A stretch of 64,000 bases of DNA, taken from positions 709,067-773,066 of the forward strand of contig CT868318.1 of NCBI GenBank assembly GCA_000165425.1. Reading direction: 5' to 3'. Each line of letters begins with the position of its first letter. The stretch's first letter is position 1. Below the pieces are notes generated by a model that was given only the letters and a program-made list of their open reading frames with translations, was not told the DNA's origin and did not search any database. Positions 12,798 through 28,748 of the stretch are shown here, piece by piece. The DNA is from Paramecium tetraurelia. Its lineage: Eukaryota. Position numbers and translations under genes: made by a program.

Positions 12798-13802
12798 ATG
12801 TCTTAAATCATTCGGAATATTTCAAGCTTAAGAGAAGAATGGAAATAATTGGTGAAAAAAAGGATAATTAAGAACAAAAGAAGGAACTAATATACTGTAC
12901 CGTATTAATTCAATAACACTCAAAACAAAAATATAAGGAAAGCTGACTTACTTCTGATCGTAAAGAATATTCCCTATACAATACCTAATAAAAATGTATT
13001 TAAACTCAAAACAAACATCCAATTCTCTATGAGCATAAACAATGAATACTCTTTGGGTTCGCTTTCAATTGACCCTCATTCAAACAATTATAAAGTAGTT
13101 AGAATTGATAAAAGAAAAAACCTTACTATTTTAACATTAGATGAGATACATAGACCTATTACACCATCAGATGTGCTTTATTAAATCTTTAAAACCAGAA
13201 ACGAATAATTAGCAGAAGCATTTCACCTTTATGAATAAAGGAATCTTGAACCCTCAAAATTTAAAATAAATTAAATCTCAGAAATGATTGAATTTGAATC
13301 AACTATCAAAGGTTCTCCATATGCATGTTACGTACAAATATATGAGAATGGAATGTGGAGAACATTTTAAAAGATATTTAATTAAAAAATGCTTTAAGTA
13401 TTAGCAATTTCTGAAGAAATGCTTATAAATTACTGTAATGAAACCAAATTGATTCCCCTGAGCGCATATATGGATGCATCTGATGAATAACTCAAGGTAT
13501 TCTAGAAGATTTTCTCTGGAAGAGCAGGATAACTTGAATCTAAAAGAGACTATATAAATTATAATGGTGATAGATTCACTGCTACTTTGAAGATTAAGAG
13601 TTTTTTCATAAAAGATGAAAATAAGGATTAGTTATTTGAATATACGTATTGCGTAACTGATTGTGAAAATAAATGGATTTCTGAAGATAGAGCAAAAAGG
13701 AATTAAAGGGAATATTTCAATATCAAACCAAGTAATTCTACGACAGATGAATCATCATATATAGAGTGCTAGAAAAGATGTGGATTCAAGTAAATGATCT
13801 GA
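12798..13802 (+). CDS. Hypothetical protein (~334 aa)
   Basis: Uninterrupted ciliate-code ORF MSQIIRNISS..CQKRCGFKQMI*. Confidence 0.7.
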
Positions 13803-14129
13803 TATTCCAAGCAGTTGACAGTTGTTTATTACAATTTATAATTTATTATAAACTAAATTAAATTTTGTTTAAAGACTTTATTAAAATATATACATATTTA
13901 ATTTTCCTTCCATTTAATCATGTTTATTTTATTTAAATTGTTCTAATTTTATTAGACTTTATTTGTACAAATATAAATTATAGTTCATAGGAATATGTAA
14001 TTATTTTATCAAGATTTGTTGTATAAAAATATATATGTTTAGACCAAATTCTGACAGCTGCTGCAAAATTCTAAATGAGAATACCTTATCAAATGACAAT
14101 TGATTTAAATGTAATAGATTTATAATAAT

Positions 14130-14917
14130 TCATTAATCGTCGTTAGCTTCTTCTTCAGGATTATTCCATAAAGTCAAATTGTCTCTTAATAATTACATAA
14201 TGAGAGTGCAATCTTTATAATTCTCTTCATTGACTGTATCTACTTAAGCAATAGCTTATTCAAATGCATCATTGGCTATTCTTATAGCTTCAGTTGCATT
14301 TTATAGGATTTCATAATAAAATACTGATTAATTAAGATGTAAACCCAGTCTAATAGGAGATGTAGTTGATAAATTTGACTTGGCCAGGACATCAGCTTCT
14401 CTAGAAAGAATAAGAATTCAATTACTTGTAAGCCTGTGTCGCTTATTCAACAGCAGCATGATACTCATTATCTAATAAGAATTCTGCCAAATATCTATTA
14501 TAATCTCCCTTCATCTTTAAATAAAAGACTTTGCTATCTACTTATTTTGCATTTGGATAAAGAGTGCTATCGATTAAATTGAGTATTTCTGCACATGAAT
14601 TCTTAAGTTCTCCTTCTATTTTATGTTTGTAATTTCTTATATAATTTAATGTGTATTGATCAGTTTATTTCCTTGACTCCTTTTGTTCAATGGCAGTGAG
14701 AACTCTCAATTCTGCTCTTTTATTACCCACCTAAAAATTTGAATAAGCAATTTGATGATACCACATTTTTATAGGCTGCAGATAATATGCTTCTTTCATC
14801 TTTGTTTAATTCTTGATCCAAGAAATGCTTAATGAATTCAATCATATCATTAAAGCGTTCTGTTTGTTAGGCAATTTTAGCTAAGAATAAAAATTCTTCT
14901 CTGCTAAATTTATTCAT
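14130..14917 (-). CDS. 14-3-3 protein (copy A, canonical groove)
   Basis: [80 protein letters not shown]; 2 introns. Confidence 0.95.
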
Positions 14918-15701
14918 TATTAATTTAATATATTCATTTCTAAATTAGTTTCCTATTCCCAAAGTTGTATGTTATCACTAAGCAATTATAACAAACATTA
15001 GTAATCTTTGATATTCTCCTCTTTGACATGGTCCAAAAATAATATCCCTTTTTCATAAGACTCTTTTGCTAATTCTCTGGCTCCCTCGACATCGGATAGA
15101 ATATCACAAATGAATACAGAAGTATTTAGCATTAACCTCAAATACAAAGGCAATGTTGGAGACAATTTTGTTTATGCCATAAGAACAGCTTCTCTAATTC
15201 TAAATGATCAATACTTATAAGCTTCTTTTGCTTGATCAATTGAATTGTGTTAATCATTCTCCAAATGGAATTCTGCCAAATACCTATTATAATCGCCAAT
15301 CATTTTTAAATAGAACACTTTGCTTTCAGTCTATTTTGCATTTTATAATAATTTATCTCTGACCAATATAATTATCTCCTGGCATTTCTACTGCAACTCT
15401 TTTTCTATTTTAATTAAATAATTCTTAATATATAGTAAGACTTATCCATCATTCTATCTATTTGATTCTCTTTCTTCGATTTCCTAAAGTACCCTTAACT
15501 CAGCTCTTTTAATGCCAATCTAATGCTAATAAATAATTGTAATACCACATTATTATAGGCAGATTGAAGAGTATTACGTTCCTCTTTCGTAAGCTCTAAT
15601 TCATCGATTTATTTAACAAATTCAATCATATCATTAAATCTTTCTGTCTATTAAGCAATCTTAGCTAAAAATAAATACTCTTCCTTATTAAATTAATTCA
15701 T
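14914..15701 (-). CDS. 14-3-3 protein (copy B, divergent tandem paralog)
   Basis: [59 protein letters not shown]; introns at the same two positions as copy A; first in-frame TGA at 14914-14916. Confidence 0.9.
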
Positions 15702-16625
15702 AAAATAATTTAATATTCTTGATATTCATAATTATCACTAAGAAAATATCTAACATAAAAGATTTTACCAGAAGGAATATATAAGAAATGTTTTAATTTT
15801 ATACGTATCGATATAATTCCTATCATTAAGATTGATTAATCACCTCTATATTAACAATTTATATTATAATTATATGTCTACCTGGGATAAAAATAAATTT
15901 TTCATTTCTATTCCATCATTAAGAGATTTTTCATTACGAATATTATTATTATATCATTTTTATGTTTGTTATAATCTTTATCTCAATTAGTCAGATATGG
16001 TTATGAAAAATAATATTAGCATAAATAATGTAAATAATTGTAATAAGGTAAGAATAATTCAAAATGGAATAATTAATCCACTAAATCATAAAGTGAGAAC
16101 ATCTTATATCCATTATTTTAAAGTAGATTAAGAATATTAAGAAGAATTTATTTGGCCCGTTCTTAATATATAGAAATGCATTTATTTGGTTCAATATTAG
16201 ACTCTTTTAAGATCAAGAAGAAAAAAAGATAAGTTATAAAAAGGATATTGATAATTGATTAGATATATAAAGACACAAATATTGACCAAACATTTTATTC
16301 TATTTTAGTTCATGAAAAGGAAATGAAGATGAAATGATTACTTAGGAAATGAAAATGTCATACTAGTGCCAGGTTGTGATATTCTTTTAAAGTTAATAAG
16401 TTCTAAATTTACTGAAGTGGTCTGAGAGTTGAAAGATAAGAAATTTATCTCACTGAAAATTTTAAAATTCTTTGAGGCTATCAAGTTTAATTGATAATAC
16501 AGATATATTCTATAAGAAAATTAATTACATCAAAACGAATGGTTTCAAGATTAGCTTTAAATTTCTTATGAATGATAATAAAGAATTTATTTAATGTTGT
16601 TTATATTTAAATTAATATTAAAGAA

Positions 16626-17976
16626 ATGAATTATGATTACATAGGGGCTATTAAAATTAAAGATGGGCTATTTTTAGGAGATTAATTCGCTGCATAGGTA
16701 TTCTATAATGGTTAGATTAGGATCTGGAATTTATTGTTACTAATAAAGTCTCAAGAATTATTAACTGTGCATCCAAATAAATACCAAATCATTGGGAGTC
16801 TATTGGCATTATTTATATGTCATTCCCGTGGATGGATAATGATTAATAAGTAAGAAACCATTAAATAAATTATTAGATCATTTTACAATAAGATGAGATA
16901 ATTAATAATATAATGAAATTTATAGATGATGCATTAAATAATGGGGAGAGTGTTATAGTCTTATCAATTAAAGGACACAATAGATCAGTGGCAACATTAT
17001 GCGTTTATTTTATGAAGAAATATAGATGGACTCTTTATAAAACCCTTCAATATATGCATAATAGAAGACCTGATTTAGAAATCAGAGCTCACTTCTTTAA
17101 TTAGTTATTATCAGTTGAAACAAGATTGTAGAAATAAGGATATGGTGCTAAGACCTATAACTGGGATGAGATTTACACATAAGGCGAGAATGATGAAATT
17201 CTACTTAGAAATACTTACTTGAATTCTCAAGCATAAGGAGTAGCTGAATTCAAGGATCATGATCCCAAACCAAAGGAATCCAAGTTTATTGATTATGATA
17301 TATATTAGGTTGAAATTCGCTGAAAAAGTTTCCATGTATATTCCTCCATATGATAAAATAGTATTCTCTAAAGCAAAATCTTTGCCATAAGATGCAAGAC
17401 CTATTATAAAAATGTCAGGTTCATCAAAACAAATTGACCCTTCTTTTTAACAATAAGCTTAAAAATCATAATCTATGAATATATAGGATCAATCCAATTA
17501 ATAACCTTAAAAAGATTAGCAAAAATCTAGTTTACAACAAATTTAGCCTTAATATCCTTAAAGACCCTAGTCGTAGGGTGCTCAACAATAAAGGTTAACC
17601 AAAAGTGATAGTGTTAAATCTGGATCGGTGTTTGATAATAATGCTGCATGTATATAACATTTATTATATTGGATAGAACCACAAAGGATTTAAATGAATA
17701 ACTTCATGGACTCAAGAGATTAATTTCTCTAGAAATCCCAGCAACAAAATGGTACTCGTAGGCCCTAAACTGCTCCAAATTAATTGAAAGCTCCTAGAGT
17801 TCAAACTACTCCATATAAAAGAAATACTAGTTCAGGTCAAAGACAAGAAGCAGGATCATAACCAAATTCTTAATTTAAACCAATGAGATAAAGAGCATAA
17901 TCTCCAAATTCTACGTATAATTCATAAAATCCATATGTCCAAAGATAATTCAAAGCCAAAACATGGAAAAAAATGA
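16626..17976 (+). CDS. Dual-specificity phosphatase-like protein (catalytic Cys absent)
   Basis: IKIKDGLFLGDQFAAQDLEFIVTNKVSRIINCA..FIDDALNNGESVIVLSIKGHNRSVATLCVYFMKKYRWTLYKTLQYMHNRRP; Q/S-rich tail; 3' end approximate because of an A-run ambiguity. Confidence 0.8.
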
Positions 17977-18303
17977 AGCTCTATTTGTTCTTATTTTGTT
18001 CGCTCATCAAATAAAATTTTGACAAATTAATAATATAAAATAGTCTATTTCCATTTAAAATATAATATTATTGTTATTAAAATAATTCATAAATAGAAAA
18101 GAAGGAAATATCCTTTTTAATTGCATTGAATCCATCACCCGAATTTAAGAATAGAATAATTAATATAAGATATCAACCTACTTAACAATAATTAGATTAT
18201 CATTACAAACCAAAATTATTATATTATATTAATATAATTTATGAAATTCAATTTCTTTTTGTAAACTAAATAAATTCAATACTTTTATAAATTAATCTTT
18301 CAT

Positions 18304-21300
18304 TCATTTAACTGCTGCTATGATATTTCCCTTAAGAAATGCGTTTTTCAAACTCTCTTATGCCTTTATCATTTCAAATGGAATCATATTTAGCATACCT
18401 TTTGTTCTCCAAATTTATCGACTCATTTCTTTGTTATAAGGTGTCCAAATGAATAAAAATATGAATACTAGTCCTATGATAAAGACAGAAAATTTAATTT
18501 TCTCTATTTATTGTTCAGAATCCACAAAATCTGCCATGCCTAAAGAGTATTAAGCATTTAAATATACTATGGCTTAATCGATATAGTAAACTTATTCTAT
18601 ATAGTTTTTAACCTATTAACTATCTAAAATCTTAATGTCTGTGGATATAGTATTGCTAGCCCACAAAGCCAAGGAGGTAATTGAATTTCTCAAACCTCTA
18701 TCCAATATGCCTCCAGATAGAACAGAACATTGATTTACATCTAATACAAATTGTTCTGTTGAAAATGATTGTAGACATAAGCTCTGTAGGTTGAACTAAT
18801 TATAGAGAGATATATAGGGATCAAACTTTGATGAGAAGGATTACTATAAAGATTCCAAACAGAGTCTTTCATTTTCATACAAAGCTTCGATATACTGTTC
18901 TTTATAATTGGTGGCCTACAAGATTTATTCAATGGTAAAATAAATTGAATATTTGAGGTCATAAGCTCTGATTGAACTATATTTCAGATGGTTATAAATA
19001 ATGACAGATTGATCAGTCAACTATTGTTCTAAAGTGATATTAACTATAAAGTAGGCCATAAATATCATCATCATCAGAACAAATTTCATAGATACAGAAA
19101 AAGTATTTGAAGCTTTAGAGTTCAATAGTTTCTATTATCGCATAGCTTCTGAGTCTAATATTTGTTATTCATCGTGTTCTTATTGCTATTGTAATTGAAA
19201 TTTGTCGATATTCTTATGAGTTGGTAGAGATGAAGGTAAAGGCTATTAATTAGATGATAATGGAGCATCATTTGATGGCTGTGGTTACTCGTTATTAATC
19301 TCTACAATCACATTTGATTGATCATTCAAATTCTAATCCTGGTTCTTCAATTTCTTTTGCTTTTCTTACAATTTCTCCAATTCTGCTTTTGCCTAAGCTT
19401 ATTCCTTTATGGTATTTTGCATGTTCGATAGATAAGTATTCTTGAATTATTCACTTCTCTAAGCTAATTCTTTGATATCCTTCTAAGTCAATAATCCAAA
19501 TAAGGACATGACTTTATTATTGATATTGTGAACTTTTAACACAATTGGAATCAAAAAGAATTATGCAATAACTAAAGATGCTATGGCTAATGATAAGACC
19601 GCATAGAAGATTGAATCGTAGTCTCCAATAATAAAAACAAAAAAGTCGTAGTAGATTTCAGAAACATCTTGAGATCCTTATCTCAGTAATTGATATCCAT
19701 TTCTTATTATGAAAAATACATTTTTGACAGTATTTTCAGTCTATTTGATAATATAAATAGATTACACTATTGGAATCAATGAAAGATGTCAAGGATGCAT
19801 TTCTTATAATAGAGGCAGATGTGACTAATTAAAATATAGCATCACTTAAAGAGCTAGAGTAATTCTGTTCTACATTCTCATACAAGTAAGTCACATTGAT
19901 AGTAGTATCCGAAAATACATTCTTCTTAGCTTCCATATCAATTCGAGACTTTATAAGAGAATATTATGTTGACTTAAGTTGATTGACTTATAAACTTAAC
20001 TAAAATAGATTTTACAATAATTTACTTTGTCTCTAAAGCTCTGATCATATGTAACATTTCCATAAGCCATTAATTATAAATATCTGGTATAGAATACAAC
20101 ATCAGCCATGACTCCAGTTCTATAATAGGCCATTGTAATGGCTGAGTGACCATTTAAAAGTTCATCATTTTGTTGTAATCGATATCCTAATTGAACTGAT
20201 GATAAAACAATTAAAATTGTGGATAACAAAACAATAATTCTGTTTAACATAATAATTTTAGAGGCTTCTGATTTCTCTCCCATCTATATTTTGAATTCTT
20301 TTATCTATCTAATTTCTTCATTCACAGATAGACCGGAACCTCCACTTACTTCAGACTAAATTACATTCTCTATAACATCTGGCTATTCCTCTTCTACTTT
20401 CTTGTCTTCAATTACTTTATTTAACAATTCTTCTTAAGACTCTTCAATAAATTATATAATTTTAATTTTAGCATTGGCATATTCTGAATCTTCAACGAGT
20501 ATTCCCTTTACTAAAGCACTTTTGTATTTCAAAGACTTGTGATTAATTAATTTTGGGTCTTGTGTGATAGTTTTCTCATTAAACATTGATTTATCGTTAT
20601 TTGCAGTTTTTTCATTTATTTGACTGTATTCCTTTCTCTCCAGCAATACATTTTATTCATATGGATCTCTTGAAATGCCATAAAAAGCAGATTAATCCTC
20701 TTGTTATTATATATCATCTAGACTTTCATCTTGTGCAATCTGATAGTTATTTGATAATCCCGTAGTGTCAATTGTAAAATTGAAGGCTCCTTGTTTTTTA
20801 CAGAACTCAAGTAATTCAGGTGCTATATCAAGAATTGGTAGATCTAATTAACCATTGGCAACGCCTGCTGGGACTCCGAACTTATCATAAACTGTTTCAC
20901 TAAATCCTAGTATAGAATGTGATAATTCATCAAACATGAGATAGAAAAATTTATCAGTATTGTCACTTTTCTTTAAGAATCCTACTATCTATAATCCATT
21001 CTTTAAATTTGGTAAGACTCTTATCATTAAGGAACATGGAACTAAGAATCCACTTTTATTCAATGCAAATACTTATCTCTCTATTCCTAAGACTTTACTT
21101 TAACTTGTTTAAATGAAGTTCCTGATAAAATCATCATGAACACTTGCCAAAATTCTAGGCATAATTCTTGATACATTTGATCTCAATAGATCAGCTTTTT
21201 TATAACCTAACAATTTTTGTATTTCATTATTGCAATTAGTAATAGCACCTAAATTCTCAATATTAACTGAACATGTGATTATGCAAGTGTCACTATTTTA

Positions 21301-23083
21301 ATCATATTTGAATTTCTCACTATCAATAATTCGATTGATTTCTAGATTCTTACTAATTTAATCTGATTTGTCAATTATTCTAGTTCCTTCAATGTCATTA
21401 TTAACTACATGAGTTAAGAAATTTCCATATATTTCTAATGTCTTTAAATGGATACTATTTATTTTAATCAATTTATCATAAAGTTGTTCTGTCTCATCAA
21501 TTGATGATGTTATTGATGCTCCCAATTATTGCAATTTACCAATATCAGGTGACTCTTCTTACAATTCTCTCCAATATTCTAAATGCAAATTCACTGATTT
21601 CTCAATTGCTGTTTCAAATTGGATGTAGAAGTTTTAAAAATTTACTATTTATTACACATCTATTTCCTAATTCTTATCCTATTCAATCATCTCCAATTCA
21701 ATTTAATTCATCACTCTGTAAATACAAAACTCATCCTAAAATTATAGTCTCTATTTTTGGGCTATTGCCAACTCATAAAATGCTTTAAATTTATTTTTTA
21801 ACTTTTTTTATAATACATACGAACGAATTATTTATATTCTTGTTGTCTGAAGTCTATCAGACGAATTCTATACAAGAGCTTAAACAAAAGCATACCATCT
21901 GATTGTCTTATCTAAGGACTATTTATCATTTGTTTTTTCATCTTAATTCCTTAAAGTATCTTAATGTATTGAGGAACATGGACATTGTTCAACAGATTTT
22001 AAACAATCTTTTTAATGAAGCTTTACAAATCCTTCTAATTTCATTCGATTAATTGGTTTTTCTCTATTTTCTATCAAGAATATCATTTCTTAAACAGTTT
22101 CTTCTAATTATATATCTTTTTTCATATGAGTTGCTAATTCAGGACTTTTATTCAATTTAAAACAACAGTAGACAACAATAGGTGAACATACTACTTCATA
22201 AAAGAATCCCATATCATCTACATCACCTTGATCTAAATAAGCATGGCAAACTGATACAAAAGATGTCCAAAATAATAATGAAGTTTAACTCAATTTACTT
22301 ATGTTAACACTATTTTCGATGAATTACCTTGTTTTTAATCTCATAGTGATCATCATCGCATACATGATACATAATATTGTTATAAATGGTTTTTCAGCAT
22401 CTTGTTAAGGATCCATTACAGCAAAAAATGGCAAATAAATTTTGAATATCAATTCAATCCAATTTAATTTTGTGTATTTAGATGCATACGGGATTGGAGT
22501 GAATGGGCTAAATAATGAGTAAATCATACTTGTAATCCACTAGGAAGATCTCAAAAAATATTAGACAAATTAATAGCATGACAATTCCCAAAGAAGATAA
22601 AATTACCATTATGTAATAAAGGATTGAATCGCATTGCATTTATCCTTCACACTTAAAAGCTGCTAAAAAGATGCTTAAAAATGGCATAACGAAGACAGTA
22701 ACAAGCATCACCATAAGGAGGTTATATATTCTAATTGAATAAATTGTGAACATTGACTTTTCTGCTAATAATACATAAATGAACAATGCCACTGACAGAG
22801 ATAAATAAAAAAAACCCTAATTTTAGATAATTTATTACAAATATAACAAATACTGAAAATAGTGTCGAATCTATTGTTGTTAAGTATTTCACAGGTTGAA
22901 AATATGATATTGCTTCAACAAAGTAAACAAAATAATTTGTCTTAAATAAATATGTTTAATATACTGAATAATATAACTAAGAAACTAATTATTTATCAGT
23001 GATACCATCTATAAAAATTCAATGAATAATAAGAACTAATAGGACAGGGTTGTAATAATCTAGGTTTGGTACATCATATCCAT
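18304..23083 (-). CDS. Large multi-pass membrane protein with a PAS domain (TmcB/TmcC-like family)
   Basis: N-terminal hydrophobic helices; helical region; PAS CNNEIQKLLGYKKADLLRSNVSRIMPRILASVHDDFIRNF..VFALNKSGFLVP; further TM blocks; C-term IWRTKGMLNMIPFEMI..AAVK*. Confidence 0.8.
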
Positions 23084-23148
23084 AGCTTCGAAAATTTTCT
23101 ATTTTATCATTCAAATTTAAAATAAAATATTTATAATTTAATAATTTT

Positions 23149-23849
23149 TCATAGCTTTTGAATATGTGAAGCATCATTCTAAGTCACTATTTTGACTTCT
23201 CCTTTTGGTAAAATGTATTTTACAATAGTAATTGAGCAATTTAAAGCACTATTATTATAAACAGGCTGTTTTTTATTGATCATATAATTAATCTAATTCA
23301 TAAATTCCATAATAAATCTAAACATATGATATTATAGTTACCCTCCATGAGTAACTAGAAGCACAGTGATGTTATTCTGCTTCAAATCACTGCATCTTTA
23401 GATAATTAATTAAAGCATTTATTAGGCTCTATTGTTTACATCGACCCAAGATTCTCCTTAGTCAGGTTTAAATACTCTAATATCAACTCCTTATTCAGCT
23501 GCTAATTTTTTAGGCAATGTTAAACTTTGTCCTTACAAAACACCCAATTATAATATCAATCTGTACCTGCATGTTTTTCTCTCAGAAGAGGTTCAAAATT
23601 TGGCATCATTTATTTGCTGTGGTGCTTTTGAATCAATTCAAATGTTTATTTTGTTCTTGCTAAATCACTTACATAAACCACATCGAATATTTCCTTTTTA
23701 ATTCTTTTTCCCAAGGCTTCCGCCTACTTTATTCCTAGGGCAGATAGTTGTCCATCATCCTATCCTTACAAAATCTATAGTTTGTTTCCTTCAGTTTATC
23801 CATGCCTAACCAACCATATTTAAATTGTCTTTTATCCGATTTGAATCAT
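23149..23849 (-). CDS. Histidine phosphatase (phosphoglycerate mutase/TIGAR-like)
   Basis: LVRHGQT, SDLART, LRE, GESW, LLVTHGG, NDASHI motifs; 2 introns. Confidence 0.9.
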
Positions 23850-23886
23850 TATTAATAAATTAATAATCAGCTTATTCATTAACATG

Positions 23887-23958
23887 AGCAGGGTGGCGAA
23901 GTGGAATCGCGTTGGGCTCATAACTCAAAGGTCGGTGGATCGAAACCACTCTCTGCTA
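23887..23958 (+). tRNA. tRNA-iMet (initiator, anticodon CAT)
   Basis: AGCAGGG..CTCTGCT acceptor stem with A1:U72, anticodon loop CTCATAA, T-arm GGATCGAAACC with A54 typical of eukaryotic initiators. Confidence 0.95.
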
Positions 23959-23959
23959 T

Positions 23960-23974
23960 ATTTTTTATTTTTTT
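23960..23974 (+). terminator. Pol III oligo-T terminator
   Basis: T6-7 runs immediately 3' of the tRNA. Confidence 0.6.
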
Positions 23975-24054
23975 ATTTTAATGTATATATATTTATAATT
24001 ATTATTTAAATAAATAAATTATTATTATTAGTATATTAAATACGAATAAAAATA

Positions 24055-26412
<2,358 letters not shown>

Positions 26413-26805
26413 CTATATATATATACATTTATTGGCATAAACTCAAAAAGCAGTTATTTTTCTTTAATTCCTAAGATTTAAAATATATTTAATAAAGTAA
26501 ATTTATATATATTATTGTCTTTTTATAACATCATCCCAAGAATTATATATCAAATAATTATGAATGACAATAAGATCACTTTACAAGAATAAAAGTAATT
26601 AATGTGATTATTGTATATTGAATACTTAATGAATCTAGAGTTCTAAAAATATACATTCAATCAGAATGGAAATATGTCTCTATAATAAGATTAATATGTA
26701 GATAAATTAACAGAATTGTTGAATCGATATTATATTTACTTAAATAATATTAGATTTTAGAATTTTGACATTCTTATAAATATGTTAATTTAAAGAGACG
26801 ATAAA

Positions 26806-27045
26806 TCAGGATTCCTTATTCCTCTCCTTGATATTAGGTCCTTCATCCATTAAGGAATTGGATGATTCTTTGGGGGTTTCATATTTATCGTCTTAATCTT
26901 GTGCCTCAAATAGATCAAGGTTCTTAATTCCTGAAAATTTCTTAACCTGAATTTATGTTAATGGAGATCCATTATCCAATTATGAAATGATAGCATCAAA
27001 TTCAAATTTTGATTATACTCTTAAGTTATTGAAATTTCTATTCAT
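26806..27045 (-). CDS. Small hypothetical protein (79 aa)
   Basis: Open frame MNRNFNNLRVQSKFEFD..KERNKES*. Confidence 0.4.
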
Positions 27046-27162
27046 TTATTTGTAATGAATTCTATAATTAATATTTTTGAATTAAGAAATTTAAACACAC
27101 TTATAATTATTATAAACTCGTATAATTATATTGTGAATATTTTATATTAACTTTAAGTAATA

Positions 27163-28608
27163 TCAGCTAAATTAAATTACTTTAAACTCTTAAATAGGAT
27201 TTTTATAATTGTAGAACACTGAAGTATAATGTAATAAATTATATTTAATTTCTAAGTCTGATTCTTCCAGTTCATATAATTATTATTCTGATTGTATTGG
27301 TATTATTGAAGATTCTTTTAATTATTGACTTTTTTGATGTTTCTTACCAAAAATACTTTTCGAGCTTTTCTATCTGAATTGAGAAACTTTTGAAACTTTA
27401 GTTTATTCGTAACTAATGGAGTAGTCCACAAAAATGCTTTTTTGATTCGAAACTTATTTTATAGAGTTCGAACGCTCGTCGCTGGATTCTTTTTAACCAA
27501 ATGTATTATGATTATTTTTACTTTAAATCTTCCCGTAGCTTTCTCGTTTTATATTGGAAATAGATTGAAATTGTTTTTTATTTTTATTATTAAATGAACT
27601 TTTACTAATTTGAATATTGTTTAAAGATCTTAAAGATTTAGAGGATTTTAATTTTAATTCTTAGAATTCCTTCTTATTCCAATCAAAAACCAAACAATTG
27701 CCTATTTGATTTTCGTTTATGAATAAGTTTTTCAATGATTAATAATCAGGTTTCTATTTATGCTATAATTATTTCACATATTTCATGTATCTAAATATTA
27801 AAAGGAGTACTTTAATATTGCCGATGGTAGGCCTTTACATAATGTTTCTAAAGTAATTTCTTCTTTCATTTAACCTATCTTTTCAATTCTGAATACATCT
27901 TCTTTATCAATATTTGTCCAAGGCAATGTTTGATTAATGAAGAAAATAAGGATATAACCTAATGATTCTAAATCATCTTTTTTATTCTATTCAACTCCCA
28001 AATGAGCAGCTAAGCTAGCATATCTGGTTGTCCCAATAAAGGATAATTTATCTTTAGATTTTTTATTTTACTCCAAATCTTTGGCAATTCCAAAGTCAAT
28101 CAAATATATTTTAGATGAATCGGGTGATCCTAAAATATTTTCTGGTTTCAAATCTCTATGTATGATATTTCTTATAATTATAGATTTAATTCTTACCTTT
28201 TGTGGATGAGCTCCAAAATTTCAATCATTTGGATGGCTATATTGCATACACACTAATAGGAAAAGTGCTTAAATTTATGAAAATAATAGATTAAATCCTT
28301 TCCCAGCATATTTAGAATTATGACATCCATTCCTTTATAGTAACCATTCCAATAAACATTTGGAATTTAGGCAATTCCTTCTAATTATTTCAATATTGTA
28401 ACCTAAGTTGTATTTAATAAGAAGCACTAGTTACTTCTTTCTATAAACTATTCAGATGAGCAACTTCATTTTTTTCAACTTTAATTGCGACCTCAATCTA
28501 TTATGATAGTGATCTTCCAAAATAAACCTTTCCAAAAGATCCTTGTGATAATAAATTGATTATTTCATATTCTTCAGCAATTATATCTCCTTTTTTAATT
28601 TCTTCCAT
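27163..28608 (-). CDS. Casein kinase 1 family kinase (copy A)
   Basis: [55 protein letters not shown]; no APE motif, as expected for CK1. Confidence 0.93.
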
Positions 28609-28748
28609 TCAAATTTAATTAATTATTAAACTAGTCAACTTATCTAATTTTTTATTAGTGATAAATCATTATTTTACATAATGAAAAAGACTTATGAAAA
28701 TGAATAATACAAATGAATTAGTAATCAAAAATAATTAAGAAAATCATC

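Noticed and set aside
17940..17980. Apparent frameshifts at A/T homopolymers near gene ends (also at ~30604)
   Set aside because: More simply explained by homopolymer errors or unrecognised introns than by programmed frameshifting.
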